From: a virus
Lineage: Duplodnaviria; Caudoviricetes
Virus record (IMG/VR): IMGVR_UViG_3300028591_000073
Coordinates: 1 to 64,000 of that record
Direction: 5' to 3' (one strand)
DNA: 64,000 bases
The translations under genes and the position numbers were made by a program. Below, piece by piece: positions 27,892-38,526 of this stretch (its first letter is position 1; each line of letters opens with the position of its first letter). The notes beneath the pieces are model-generated. The model saw only the letters and a list, made by a program, of their open reading frames with translations. It did no database searches and was not told the DNA's origin.

Positions 27892-30054
27892 ATGGCATAC
27901 GGACGTTCCGCTGCCTCACATGGCACATGGTTCCAGGAACAGCAAGCAATGATCAATTCCGCATCTCAGACAGAACTTGACAACTTGTCTGATGGATTTG
28001 ATAGACACTTTGAAAATACTGTTGGAACACTGAAAAGAGCATATAACGGCGTCAATGTAATGAAGGACGCAAAGAGAATGATGGAGAATCCTGCCATCAT
28101 GGAAGAATACAAGCAGATGCTGCTTGAACCGGTTATTCAGGAATTGACAGCTCTGAAAGATGAAACAGAAGTGGAAGCTGAAAAGGTACATCTGGAATCT
28201 GTCATCGATCAGATTGATAAAGCATGGGATTCTTCTGCACAGTCCTTCCTGGTACAGGAATCTTATAACGTATCTAACTATCTACCGCTTGCAACTCTGG
28301 ACTTCCCGGCTCTCGTAAAGCAGTATGTGAGATTCCTCGGTAAGGAACTGATTCCTGTTCAGACTGCAAACTCTACAAATATCGAACAGCGTATCTTCGT
28401 AAAGTATCTGGTAAACAATCAGACTGGTGAAGAATATGAAACACCAAAGATCTGGTTCGTAAAGGATGAAGATGGTAAGCCGCTGTGGAAGAAACTCTGG
28501 AATGCAGGTAAGGGTTACAGAATCAAGGACAATGCTCCTCTGCTGATTTCCCAAATTCAGGCTTCTCCGAACAAGAAGTTTGATATGTATACATGGCTTC
28601 TGGATGATGATGGCAATGATTTCTCTATCGACAGAAAATCCAATCTAAGAGCCAGACTATCTTACGACTTCAACATCCAGTATGTGCAGATTGGTACTGC
28701 AGGCACTGATATTGATACTTATGCACTCACCACTTCTCAGCCGAGTGATTGGGCTACTGCATATACAAATTACTATACCTCTACTGGTACAACATATACT
28801 GCTGTAACTGGTGCATCTGCTCCTACATGGGAAGCTGGCAAATACTATAAGAAGACCGGTACGATCACTGGTGGTTCTAAAGTAAAGCTTCCGGGTGCTG
28901 GTATCGCAATCGACGTACAGAACGGTGGTGTATTCGAAAACGGTAGAATCACTGAAGAAATGGTTCTTCCGATTGTTGATGCAAACAACCTGCCGACTGG
29001 ACAGACTGTAACTGGTATCTCTGACTACCTCGCAGGTATTGTTGACTTTGTAAAGGGTTATGTCACTGCATCTACATGTGGTGTGATCACCGGTTTCTAT
29101 ATTCAGGGTAGAATGTCCAATGAAACCAACCTGAGAACTGTTGGTTTCCGTGAATATCCTGAAATTCGTAAGTTCCTCATTTCCGATGGTATGAGATTCC
29201 AGCTTCCGTTTACCGTAGAAGACTTTGCTGAAGCTAACGCTTCTCTCAACTTCAACCTCTACAACAGACTGGTTCAGGAACTCGTAACAGCTCAGGAAAT
29301 GTTCGAAGACCAGTACATTCTGGACTTCCTGGAAGATGAATTTGCAAAATATGATGGATATGAATCTGATGTATATGCACTGGATTCTTATACACATACT
29401 GAATATGTTGATCTGGATCCTTGCTCCATTTCCAATAGCTTTGCTGGAGATCCTTGGGAATACAGAACCAATGCAATTCATAATGCAATCAATTCTCTGA
29501 TCTATGAACTCTGTGACAGAGGTAAATTGGAAAACCTCGGCTTTGTTATCTATGCAAACCCGAAGGCTACCAGACTGCTCAAGAAGTTTGTATCTTGGAC
29601 AGTAACCAAGTCTACCAATATCGGTGGTATCATGATGAACCATGCATTTGGTGTTATGACTGATTCTGAAATCCCGATTCGTGTTGTTGCATCCAACAGA
29701 ATTGATGCATATATGACAATTGATGCATATCAGGATGGTGCTGCTACAACAGACAAATCTCGTGAATACTTCTTCCGAATTGTTGCATATCCGATGGATA
29801 AATTCCATATTGGTTACAAGCATCTGAGATTTGCACGTCACCTCACCAACTCTCCTGAAAATGCTGGTTATGCTGATATCAACAATCCTGGCGGTCAGGC
29901 TGTACTGGTTACTACATCTTCTCAGTACAGAACAATCGCAATCCAAGGTATTCAGGGTCTGGTAATCTGTAAGAATACCAAGCTTGTTCCTGATATCAAG
30001 GCTGGTCTGGTTCAAACAACAACAGCTTCTGGTGGATCCGGTACAGGCGGCTAA
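27892..30054 (+). CDS. Major capsid protein precursor
   Basis: Last gene of the protease operon; strongly biased codon usage (CTG, GGT, AAC, TTC); helical propeptide ending FLVQE|S; internal IYANP motif; followed by the longest hairpin of the palindrome family. SD AAAGGAG favours ATG 27892. Confidence 0.8.
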   Translation: MAYGRSAASHGTWFQEQQAMINSASQTELDNLSDGFDRHFENTVGTLKRAYNGVNVMKDAKRMMENPAIMEEYKQMLLEPVIQELTALKDETEVEAEKVHLESVIDQIDKAWDSSAQSFLVQESYNVSNYLPLATLDFPALVKQYVRFLGKELIPVQTANSTNIEQRIFVKYLVNNQTGEEYETPKIWFVKDEDGKPLWKKLWNAGKGYRIKDNAPLLISQIQASPNKKFDMYTWLLDDDGNDFSIDRKSNLRARLSYDFNIQYVQIGTAGTDIDTYALTTSQPSDWATAYTNYYTSTGTTYTAVTGASAPTWEAGKYYKKTGTITGGSKVKLPGAGIAIDVQNGGVFENGRITEEMVLPIVDANNLPTGQTVTGISDYLAGIVDFVKGYVTASTCGVITGFYIQGRMSNETNLRTVGFREYPEIRKFLISDGMRFQLPFTVEDFAEANASLNFNLYNRLVQELVTAQEMFEDQYILDFLEDEFAKYDGYESDVYALDSYTHTEYVDLDPCSISNSFAGDPWEYRTNAIHNAINSLIYELCDRGKLENLGFVIYANPKATRLLKKFVSWTVTKSTNIGGIMMNHAFGVMTDSEIPIRVVASNRIDAYMTIDAYQDGAATTDKSREYFFRIVAYPMDKFHIGYKHLRFARHLTNSPENAGYADINNPGGQAVLVTTSSQYRTIAIQGIQGLVICKNTKLVPDIKAGLVQTTTASGGSGTGG

Positions 30055-30091
30055 TATCTAACATGATCGATTCCTCCAAGAATTTTATATA

Positions 30092-30133
30092 GAATAAGAT
30101 GATTGCGGGGCATATGCCCCGCACATCTTATTC
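30092..30133. terminator. Extended palindrome centred on TGCGGGGCATATGCCCCGCA
   Basis: Perfect core 30104-30123 plus outer arms GAATAAGATG/CATCTTATTC; between convergent genes. Confidence 0.75.
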
Positions 30134-30136
30134 CAA

Positions 30137-30622
30137 TTATTGATTGTCTTTGACAAATTGTGTGATAATACTTGTTGCTTTCTTAATAATGTATTCTTCA
30201 TTAATATTTGGATACGTTCGAATTGTAGATAAAATCACATTGTTTACAGAATCTCTTCTAGGTACATTCATATCTTGTGATAAGACAATTTCAATTGCTA
30301 ATAGATCCCGTATGGATGATTCAATCTGTTCGGCTTCTTGTGGGGTTGGCATATGCTTTTCTCCATAAACCTTTTTGTATGCCGCCTGAAGTATGGAAAA
30401 ACCTTCGTGTAACTGCTTGGTATATTCATCTACTTCGTATAATGTATCACGACAATCATCATACTTTTGATGAATGCGATATAGTAACGTGGCAAACTGA
30501 TTCATTTGTCGTTGCATTTTATCAATATGCAACCATGTGACAAGATGAAATACGAAACAACAAAGAATTCCAATTATGATGAAAACGGAATTCAAATCAA
30601 ATGTGATATGCATAATAAGCAT
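30137..30622 (-). CDS. Membrane protein (N-terminal TM helix plus coiled coil)
   Basis: VFIIIGILCCFVFHLVTWL hydrophobic segment; AAAGGAG SD. A holin-like role is possible but unsupported. Confidence 0.6.
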   Translation of the reverse strand: MLIMHITFDLNSVFIIIGILCCFVFHLVTWLHIDKMQRQMNQFATLLYRIHQKYDDCRDTLYEVDEYTKQLHEGFSILQAAYKKVYGEKHMPTPQEAEQIESSIRDLLAIEIVLSQDMNVPRRDSVNNVILSTIRTYPNINEEYIIKKATSIITQFVKDNQ

Positions 30623-30660
30623 CTCCTTTAAAATAATTTAATAGAAAGGACTGATAAGAT

Positions 30661-32340
30661 GTGAATCTAACGAGAGATCTAATCAAGAAAGCAATTGACA
30701 ATCGTGACGGTAACATGCTGCATCAAGTCTTAACGATTCAGTTCCCGGAAAAGAAATGTTCCAATTGTTTGATCATGGAATATGATGGCGACGTGCCTCG
30801 TTTGTTTGGTGAACGTAACTCGATTGAAATGTTAATTCCCAAAGATATGGATGTGTATGTGGAGAATGCTGTTGTTGATGCAATTGAATCTGGTTCTCTA
30901 TTTGATGATAAGGAAGACATTGATAACAAAGTGAAATACATCAGTATGACACATTTACCACACTTGGGAATGATGCATAAACATATTGATGAACCACATG
31001 CAATGCATCATGCAATTGGTATGGTGGTTGGCGCCATGAATCCAGATGGACACTTTGGTTCTTCTGACACAGATATGAAGAATGGTTCTAATTATACCAT
31101 GGATTTGACAAAGCATGGTGATGAAAAAGATACATCTGTGATGGATTTAACTGCCGACTATCTTGACATCAAAGACAAAGAAGGAAAAGGTGCACCTAAA
31201 GAACTTCGTCATTCTTTGGCAAAAGTTCCCGAAGAAATCAAGGAAATCAAAGAAGTGAAAGCAGAAGATACTGTTGATGAAAATGATTATGAAGAAATTG
31301 GTTTAGACCATGAAACGGATGAAGAAGAACCGGATGAGGAACCAATGGATGAGGAATCCGAAGATGACGAAGACGATGATGATGCCGAGGAAGACGAAGA
31401 GGATTCTGAAGAAGATGCCGGTGATGAAAATGGTATCATGGGTGCATACATCGGATCAAAGGTTGCTAAGAAGGTAGTCAAGAAAGGTGCAAAGTATGCT
31501 GCCAAGAAAGCTGCTAAGAAAGTCGTTAAGAAAGGTGCTAAGAAAGTAAAGCAATATTACGATGATAAAAAGCAATCTAATGAAGAAGACGATGATAACG
31601 ATCATGACAAGGATTCCGATCAAGAGAAATCGATCGAGAAGTTCTTGAAAGGTCGTAAGAAAGACATCGATATTGACATCGAGGATGTAGATGATCAAGA
31701 TGTTGGTTTTGCCAAAGAAAGTGATAGTTCTTATGAACCAACTGTTGTTCATGGTAGAGGTGCTGGTACAACTGCTGGTGCTGGTGGTACCACACCACCA
31801 ATGATGCCCTCGCAGAAATCTTCATTTGAAACGAATAATAAAATTATATCCTCATCGAATGATGCAATGCCTTCAAAAGCAAGTGCATCTTCCAGTAAAT
31901 CATCTTATCCAGATCCACCTTCTCCAAAGAAGGATATTCCGCAAGTGAAAAAGGAATATGTACAACGGTATCGTGAATATGATGAAGAAGAATATTATCA
32001 AGAGTTTGGTGCAATGTTGGCGAAACCGAAGAAATTGAAACCGATTCCTCGTGAAGTAGTTGCCTATATTATCACACAGAAAAATGCAATTCGTGATGCA
32101 AATGACCAATCTATGATTGCTGGATATTGTTGTTCTAAACTGGAATTGGTTGATTTCTATTTAAACTGCTTGGACACACATGACTATCGATACATTGTGC
32201 CACACAATCGTCAATATCTGGTACAAATGCAAAATGATCTCAATCGATGTCTCCAAGAAATTCTTCGTATGAGACCGGTTAATCGTACAGATCGTATGTG
32301 GCAAGTTGGCGTAAATTATCCTGAAGGATGGAGGGGTTGA
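30661..32340 (+). CDS. Head-associated protein with acidic tracts and a histone-H1-like basic repeat
   Basis: KVAKKVVKKGAKYAAKKAAKKVVKKGAKKVK between D/E tracts; YYQE|F site before a compact C-terminal helical domain. Confidence 0.6.
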   Translation: MNLTRDLIKKAIDNRDGNMLHQVLTIQFPEKKCSNCLIMEYDGDVPRLFGERNSIEMLIPKDMDVYVENAVVDAIESGSLFDDKEDIDNKVKYISMTHLPHLGMMHKHIDEPHAMHHAIGMVVGAMNPDGHFGSSDTDMKNGSNYTMDLTKHGDEKDTSVMDLTADYLDIKDKEGKGAPKELRHSLAKVPEEIKEIKEVKAEDTVDENDYEEIGLDHETDEEEPDEEPMDEESEDDEDDDDAEEDEEDSEEDAGDENGIMGAYIGSKVAKKVVKKGAKYAAKKAAKKVVKKGAKKVKQYYDDKKQSNEEDDDNDHDKDSDQEKSIEKFLKGRKKDIDIDIEDVDDQDVGFAKESDSSYEPTVVHGRGAGTTAGAGGTTPPMMPSQKSSFETNNKIISSSNDAMPSKASASSSKSSYPDPPSPKKDIPQVKKEYVQRYREYDEEEYYQEFGAMLAKPKKLKPIPREVVAYIITQKNAIRDANDQSMIAGYCCSKLELVDFYLNCLDTHDYRYIVPHNRQYLVQMQNDLNRCLQEILRMRPVNRTDRMWQVGVNYPEGWRG

Positions 32341-32342
32341 GT

Positions 32343-32900
32343 ATGGAAGATACATTAGCTGTACAAGATTATGTATTGAAGAACCGTGATTTGTTTACTG
32401 CGGTACAAGATTCCTCCCATCGTAATCAGGGTAATTCGAGAATCGGTGAACACACCATATTGAATTACACAAAAATTCTGGATGAGATGATTAAGTATCT
32501 CAAAGGATATCGTGAATACAAAAGCTCGGGTGAGAAGACATATAAACACAAAGTATTGGAATCCACCTATACATTTTACAACAAGATGTTTGAGAGTGAT
32601 AAGTATCGTAAGAAAATCACAATATCTGAATTTCCAGATTTGAATTATAAATTCATCGAACGTTCCAAAGAACTAAATGCTTTTATTCGTGCGATGAAAA
32701 AAAGTGTGGATAATGAAACATTAAATGTCGCAAGAGTGACGGAAAAACAGTATAAGAAATTGGCAAAGGTGAATCATGATGATATGCTAATCTACATGTG
32801 GTTGACCACAAATCAATCCATTTCGTCAGAACTTCGCGTATATTATAATGACCCAACCACACCAGTGATGCATAAAGCAAATTCAAAATATAATAGATAA
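32343..32900 (+). CDS. Hypothetical protein
   Basis: GGAGGGG SD favours ATG 32343; co-oriented in the structural operon. Confidence 0.65.
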   Translation: MEDTLAVQDYVLKNRDLFTAVQDSSHRNQGNSRIGEHTILNYTKILDEMIKYLKGYREYKSSGEKTYKHKVLESTYTFYNKMFESDKYRKKITISEFPDLNYKFIERSKELNAFIRAMKKSVDNETLNVARVTEKQYKKLAKVNHDDMLIYMWLTTNQSISSELRVYYNDPTTPVMHKANSKYNR

Positions 32901-32914
32901 GGAGACTGATTATC

Positions 32915-34495
32915 ATGACACAAACAATGTTTGATATTATTAATGAATATGCAGTATCTGCTGAATTGGATGCAGCTTATGATTTAATGAATGATTGTAT
33001 TAAGAATTCTACAATTTTGGAGCAATATGATTTCGATGAATCTATGATTCCTGAGGAGTTCTTAATGGAAGCTGCTACAACAAATAATGGTCCCGGATTT
33101 GGGACAAGAGTGAGAGCTCGTATGTATGAACATCGTGTAAAAACAGACCGTGCAATTGATCAAGCGAATGATAGACTTGCAAGACGTCCTGGTGAAAAAA
33201 TGTTGACAAGATTCCTGCTATTCTTACCTCGTCTGATTATGGCGATTATCAATTTCTTTAGATGGTTGATTCGCAGATTGACTCGTCGTAGAAATACTGT
33301 ACACACTGCTGCAAAAGCTGTAGCTGGAGCAAATACTGCAACTAAAAATAAAATTAATACTTCCTGGAATACTACGACATTCACCGTAAACATTCGCTCT
33401 GGTAGTACATTGTCATCTGCGACAAAAGCCGCACTCAGCAGTGGTCATCAGCTTCCTGGACCAACACCAAAAGCTGGAAGTACATTTGTCGTTGGTAATA
33501 AAAATGGAAGACCTGCGTCTGTAGGCCATCAGCTTCCGGGTGGTGCAAAACAAGGAAGCAATAATGGATCAAATCCATCTGGTGGTGCTGGTAGCGGAAG
33601 TCGTGCAACAACGGGTCGTCAGCTTCCGGGTGGAGGCACTAGTTCAAATAAAGGTAACGGTCAGCCTCCGGCAAATGTTTCATCAGGTAATTTTGAAAGC
33701 TGGGCAAACCAGGCCAAGTCTACTGATGGACTTAAGAAAGAAAAGACAGTAAAAGAAGTCGTTGATGAAAAATTCACAAAGACTGCTGTTGATGCAGCTG
33801 TTACTGGTAAATTCAGAGGTCTCCCAATTCTTAATAAGAAATTTGTTTCTGCATTAAATAATGCAAGCAAAGCACTTGACGATTTGAATGACTGGTGTGG
33901 CAGACTTGATAGAGCTGATAATAAGGTTACTTCAGGCGGTGGTCACATCAATGATCATGGTGATAAATACACAATCGGATTTAATCAAGCACAGGGATGG
34001 GCACGTTCCTTAGAGACAAAGTCTAATAAACTTCGTGAGTGCTATAATAAAATGGTAGAAACCATTAAGAGTGAAGATCATACAAGCTTTACAGGTCAAC
34101 AACTGACTGAAGCATATGATGCAATTTCCGATACATTGAACCATATGAATGATACACTCACAAATCTTCAGCATGAAGTAAGTGGTTCTGGAAGTTCTCA
34201 GCTTGCAAAAATTGTAAAGGCATTGCAGAAGAAAGATGCTGAAATTGATCCTCGTGCACAAGGTGCATATATGAGTGGTGTGAAAGCATTGGCTGAAGCA
34301 ATGACAAAAATGAAAGAAGCAGTTGCTATGACATCTGAAGGTCTGGATTACACTGTTCATTGTTGCGAACTCATTATTGAAATGATCAAACAGGCTGGTG
34401 GTAATGTCGAAAACCCAAGAACAGTTGGATTCTCCACTGCGGTAAGAAATGAACGTGGTCAACTCAACGACAGTGAAAAGATGCCGGAAGACTGA
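32915..34495 (+). CDS. Putative internal head (cargo) protein
   Basis: Cargo motif, FLME|AA site, helix MLTRFLLFLPRLIMAIINFFRWLIRR, three G(H/R)QLPG repeats. Confidence 0.65.
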   Translation: MTQTMFDIINEYAVSAELDAAYDLMNDCIKNSTILEQYDFDESMIPEEFLMEAATTNNGPGFGTRVRARMYEHRVKTDRAIDQANDRLARRPGEKMLTRFLLFLPRLIMAIINFFRWLIRRLTRRRNTVHTAAKAVAGANTATKNKINTSWNTTTFTVNIRSGSTLSSATKAALSSGHQLPGPTPKAGSTFVVGNKNGRPASVGHQLPGGAKQGSNNGSNPSGGAGSGSRATTGRQLPGGGTSSNKGNGQPPANVSSGNFESWANQAKSTDGLKKEKTVKEVVDEKFTKTAVDAAVTGKFRGLPILNKKFVSALNNASKALDDLNDWCGRLDRADNKVTSGGGHINDHGDKYTIGFNQAQGWARSLETKSNKLRECYNKMVETIKSEDHTSFTGQQLTEAYDAISDTLNHMNDTLTNLQHEVSGSGSSQLAKIVKALQKKDAEIDPRAQGAYMSGVKALAEAMTKMKEAVAMTSEGLDYTVHCCELIIEMIKQAGGNVENPRTVGFSTAVRNERGQLNDSEKMPED

Positions 34496-34511
34496 TTAAG
34501 GAGGTATTAAT

Positions 34512-35996
34512 ATGACCGATTTTATGATGAGAGAACTGGAATTAGAAAAATATTCCAGTGAATTTGATACATGTATTGCAATTCTTGAATATGCCCAAAA
34601 ATGTAATCTTCTAGAATCTTATTATTCTGAAGGATTATCTCCCATATCTCCAGCTCCCGCTGGTTCACAACCACCAGCTGGTGGTGGAGCAGGTGCCCCC
34701 GCACCAGCACCAGCTGCAGCACCGGCTCCGAATCCAAATGCTCCAGGAAATATTAAACCAACTTCTGGAAACACCATTCCGAGTCCACAGGCTGGTGCTA
34801 CAGGTGCCGGTGCGACATCTGCTCAAACAAAAGTAATGAAACCCTCAGGTGGTAATCCAACACAGAAAAGGAACATTTTCCAAAGAATCTTTGATGCAAT
34901 TATTGGAGTCTTCAAAAAGGTTGGTGAATTTTTCACTGGTAAACAAACAGAGGGAATTGTTGATGAGGCAACACAAGTTGTTGAAAAAGCCAGATCCAGT
35001 GGTATGTCTGAAGATGAATTCATTTCTCAAATGATGACAAATTGGCAGAATAAATCCGGTGGTATGTTCAAAGGACCGATGGATGATTCAACAAGTGGTT
35101 CACAATCTTCAAAACCAACAAATGTAGATACTGGTAAATTGGAGGAATTCTATCGAATCTGGTTCAGAGAAGGAAACATTCCCACCCACATGTCAAAAGA
35201 CAGTGTAAATGCGATGCAAGCTTTGACTGATTTGATTAATCAGATTGCAACAAAGTTAAAGGGATATACAGCACAACAGATTACCGCAGAAGGAAATGGT
35301 ATGATTCAACAATTGAATCAGAGCTCAGAAGTTTTGATGAAAGCATTGAATCAAAATGTACAATCCCCTCCTTCTGTTTGGAAAGCTTATTTCTTTAAGG
35401 CTGGAAGTATGTGCAGAAAAATGAACGATGCATTTTCCAACTTACAGAAGACAATGAATCAATTATATGCTGATCCAGAAAAAGGTCCAGCAGTCGATCA
35501 GGCATTTGGTCAAATGACAGGTCCGATGAAAGCTGTTATGAATGCGGCAAAAATTGTGAATCAAGAAGTGCAAGCAATTCAATTAACTGCTGCTGATGCA
35601 AATTATGCAAAACATAAAGGTGCTGAAGGACAGAGATTGTTTGGCACAAGTGACCATGTGATGTCCAAGGGTAAACAAGACACGATCAAAGCTGGTCAAC
35701 AGAGTTATGAAGAAAAACTTCGCGCATCTGGCGATTACAGTGAGAAAGAAATTCAGCGACTTGTTAAGATGGCAGGTAAAGAATTTGGTAAAGAATATAG
35801 CAACAAATTTGATCAAGCACATGATGAAGCGACTGCTTATTATGACATCAGAAATGGTAAACGTCGTAAAGCTGATCGTAAGGAAAAACAAGCAGCAGAC
35901 TTGGAAGAAAAAGCAAGAAAAGCGCAAGAAGCTGCAGATAGAGCAAAGGCTAAAGCCGATGCATTATCTGCAAGAAAAGCTGCAAAACGTGGTTAA
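34512..35996 (+). CDS. Putative internal head (cargo) protein
   Basis: Cargo motif, YYSE|G site, Pro/Ala linker, helix IFQRIFDAIIGVFKKVGEFF. Confidence 0.65.
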   Translation: MTDFMMRELELEKYSSEFDTCIAILEYAQKCNLLESYYSEGLSPISPAPAGSQPPAGGGAGAPAPAPAAAPAPNPNAPGNIKPTSGNTIPSPQAGATGAGATSAQTKVMKPSGGNPTQKRNIFQRIFDAIIGVFKKVGEFFTGKQTEGIVDEATQVVEKARSSGMSEDEFISQMMTNWQNKSGGMFKGPMDDSTSGSQSSKPTNVDTGKLEEFYRIWFREGNIPTHMSKDSVNAMQALTDLINQIATKLKGYTAQQITAEGNGMIQQLNQSSEVLMKALNQNVQSPPSVWKAYFFKAGSMCRKMNDAFSNLQKTMNQLYADPEKGPAVDQAFGQMTGPMKAVMNAAKIVNQEVQAIQLTAADANYAKHKGAEGQRLFGTSDHVMSKGKQDTIKAGQQSYEEKLRASGDYSEKEIQRLVKMAGKEFGKEYSNKFDQAHDEATAYYDIRNGKRRKADRKEKQAADLEEKARKAQEAADRAKAKADALSARKAAKRG

Positions 35997-36023
35997 TTTT
36001 TCACAATAAAGGTGTGATGTAAT

Positions 36024-36782
36024 ATGAATATCTCCGATGTAACAAATGATATCAAACTCACATTGGGTTTGAATACAATTGCATTACCATATAAAGATTC
36101 CACAGAGAATGTGATCGGAGAAATTTTAAAAGTATCGATCCGGACATTTTCTCAATTTAAACCTTTGATCAAGGAAGGATTTGAAGAAAAGAAGAGACTT
36201 CGTTCTCCGGATGATATTGCAAAGAAGAATTGCATCTATTATGTGCCTGAAGCATTAACAACAACACCAGTGATTTATGCAGACGCCTACGTGGCGTCTG
36301 CTACAAATCAAGATGGAGAGATTTTAACAAATGCTTTTACGGTTGGATCACCGTTTGTCGGATTTGGTTCTTATTATCCACAAGATATTCTAAACGCGAC
36401 ACAAACAGGTGCTGCCATTAATAAATATGCAGGCATTACCCAAACCACTCCAACATCCAAATGGCTGGGCTATAATAAGATACAATTATTCAATTTTCCC
36501 GAAAACATTTTTGTGAAATTTGTGGTAAAATGTGAACATGACTTAACTGGCGAAACGATTCCAGAATCTTGTCGTGAGTCTTTCATGGAACTTGCTGTAT
36601 TAGATGTGCAACGAGTTCTGTATAATCAATTAAAGAATATGAATCAAGTTGGTTCTGCATTTAAAGAAATTAATGTTAAAATTGATGACTGGAGTGGCGC
36701 AGAAGCAGCACGTAAAGAGCTTGTTGATAAATGGACACAGTCTTTCCATTATGACGATCTGGAATTGGTTCAATTCTTCTAA
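36024..36782 (+). CDS. Neck / head-tail adaptor protein (T4 gp13-like)
   Basis: N-terminal IKLTLGLNTIALP...SIRTFSQF and C-terminal basic-G-x-acidic helical pattern resemble myovirus neck proteins. Confidence 0.55.
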   Translation: MNISDVTNDIKLTLGLNTIALPYKDSTENVIGEILKVSIRTFSQFKPLIKEGFEEKKRLRSPDDIAKKNCIYYVPEALTTTPVIYADAYVASATNQDGEILTNAFTVGSPFVGFGSYYPQDILNATQTGAAINKYAGITQTTPTSKWLGYNKIQLFNFPENIFVKFVVKCEHDLTGETIPESCRESFMELAVLDVQRVLYNQLKNMNQVGSAFKEINVKIDDWSGAEAARKELVDKWTQSFHYDDLELVQFF

Positions 36783-36802
36783 TACAGAAAGGGTGAAAGA
36801 AA

Positions 36803-38506
36803 TTGAATCTAAATAATGTAATTTGTGAAATTGATGATGCACAGGTATTTTATGATACAGAATCCCTTCTTCAGTTATGTGAATACTATCAGAAAGAATT
36901 GTCAATGAGAATCTACATGGAGAATATGGGTTACTACATGGAAGATGAAACACCACCTGACAATACATCTACAACTGATAACAAACAGTCAGATGCTGAG
37001 GTTGATGTAGGAAATAGTGCCCCATCTCAGGGTGAACAAAAACAACCACCTGCTCTGGTACAACAACAATCTGGTGATAATAATCAACAACCTGAAACTG
37101 AAGAAAAGCCTGTTGTGTCAAATGATAATAAACCCAACGAAAATGCTGAAAATAATGATAATCAAGAACCAGGATTCTTACAAAAAATCATCGATACTGT
37201 TAAAAAGATTTTTATGTGGATTCCAAATTTGATTACGAAATGTATTGAGAAAATGGTTGACAAAAAACTTGCTGAAAGTAAACAGGAATTTTCAAATATA
37301 GTTGACAATATGTCAGATCAAGAGATTGATACATTGCTACAGAAGATTGAAGCCAAGAAGGGAACGCAAGGCGATGGTCAACCACTGACAACGGATACAC
37401 AAACGCCTGTAGCTGATCAACCATCTTCAACCGTGCCAACTGGAGAAGAAACAAAGGTGGATTATTCCATACATGATTTCCGTTCATTTGATGAAATTTA
37501 TCAAGAACTGGGAACTGCATTCGGTGTTGCTATGGGAGCGAAAGGTGCAAGAACTGCGGCAAGTAATGAAATTGCACGACAAAATGTTATGGCTTCTGCA
37601 ACTGGTCAAAACAATTTGTCAGATGCAGAACTTGCAAAAAGGTCTTCCCTTGGTATGGTAGAAAATAGTGCAAAACAGGTTGCAACGACTGCGGCAAAAG
37701 CTGGTATGGTTGCCGGAGCTACTGCTCTTGGTGGAAGCGGTATCGTGTTAACAGGTGTTGGTTTGCTTGCAGGTATTGGTGCTGGAAAGTTATGGGATTT
37801 TGTTAGTAACAAAATTAAAGATGCTCGTGATAAAGATAAAATCACACATCTTCCAAGATATGAATTGATCGAAAAAGCTTGTCAATCGAGTGACCAAGAA
37901 CTTTCCAAAAAAATACAATTGCTTCAACAAGGTATCCCCAAATCAGATCCAAATGCTCCAAAACCGGATATCAAACAATCATTACAAAATATCTTACAAA
38001 ACTTCACATTGGTTGAAGATAAAGAATCGGAACAAACGATTCGTGTGATGAATTTGTGGTATGAGAAATTTGTGAAGTCATCCGCATTATTTGCAACTCC
38101 ACAACAAACGCAAGTCTCAAACATTACACCGGAAGAAGATCAAGCAATGTCAGAATGTGAACGTTTCGTAAAAGATATGAATGATCAAACCATGAACCCA
38201 TTACTGACCCAATTAAAACAGAAGTCTGAGCAACTTGTCAACTGGTTTAATGATCCAAGCAATCCCATTTTTGGAATGCAGACATCCGCTCGAATCGCAC
38301 AAGGAATTGCACAAAAAGCCCGTGTGGAAATGGGAATACAAGAAGACCAAGAAAGCAAAGGTTTGTTACAAAAGATTCTAGGTGTATTAACCAAGATTGG
38401 TCAAGGAATCATGTCGGTTGTAAATAATATCATAAACATTATTCGTATTGGTGGAGATGTAATACAAACTGTTGTGAATGGTGTCAATTCTGCTAATGCA
38501 ACATAA
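36803..38506 (+). CDS. Putative internal head/ejection protein with glycine-zipper hydrophobic segment
   Basis: TTG start with SD; cargo motif; YYME|D and IYQE|L sites; helix FLQKIIDTVKKIFMWIPNLI; AGMVAGATALGGSGIVLTGVGLLAGIGAG. Confidence 0.65.
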   Translation: MNLNNVICEIDDAQVFYDTESLLQLCEYYQKELSMRIYMENMGYYMEDETPPDNTSTTDNKQSDAEVDVGNSAPSQGEQKQPPALVQQQSGDNNQQPETEEKPVVSNDNKPNENAENNDNQEPGFLQKIIDTVKKIFMWIPNLITKCIEKMVDKKLAESKQEFSNIVDNMSDQEIDTLLQKIEAKKGTQGDGQPLTTDTQTPVADQPSSTVPTGEETKVDYSIHDFRSFDEIYQELGTAFGVAMGAKGARTAASNEIARQNVMASATGQNNLSDAELAKRSSLGMVENSAKQVATTAAKAGMVAGATALGGSGIVLTGVGLLAGIGAGKLWDFVSNKIKDARDKDKITHLPRYELIEKACQSSDQELSKKIQLLQQGIPKSDPNAPKPDIKQSLQNILQNFTLVEDKESEQTIRVMNLWYEKFVKSSALFATPQQTQVSNITPEEDQAMSECERFVKDMNDQTMNPLLTQLKQKSEQLVNWFNDPSNPIFGMQTSARIAQGIAQKARVEMGIQEDQESKGLLQKILGVLTKIGQGIMSVVNNIINIIRIGGDVIQTVVNGVNSANAT

Positions 38507-38526
38507 TATGATCGAAGGTGAGAAAT

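Noticed and set aside
28657-30015. 452-aa antisense ORF, plus similar ones at 16060-16848, 43692-44426 and 44460-45200
   Set aside because: These are shadows of codon-biased sense genes with no recognisable motifs.
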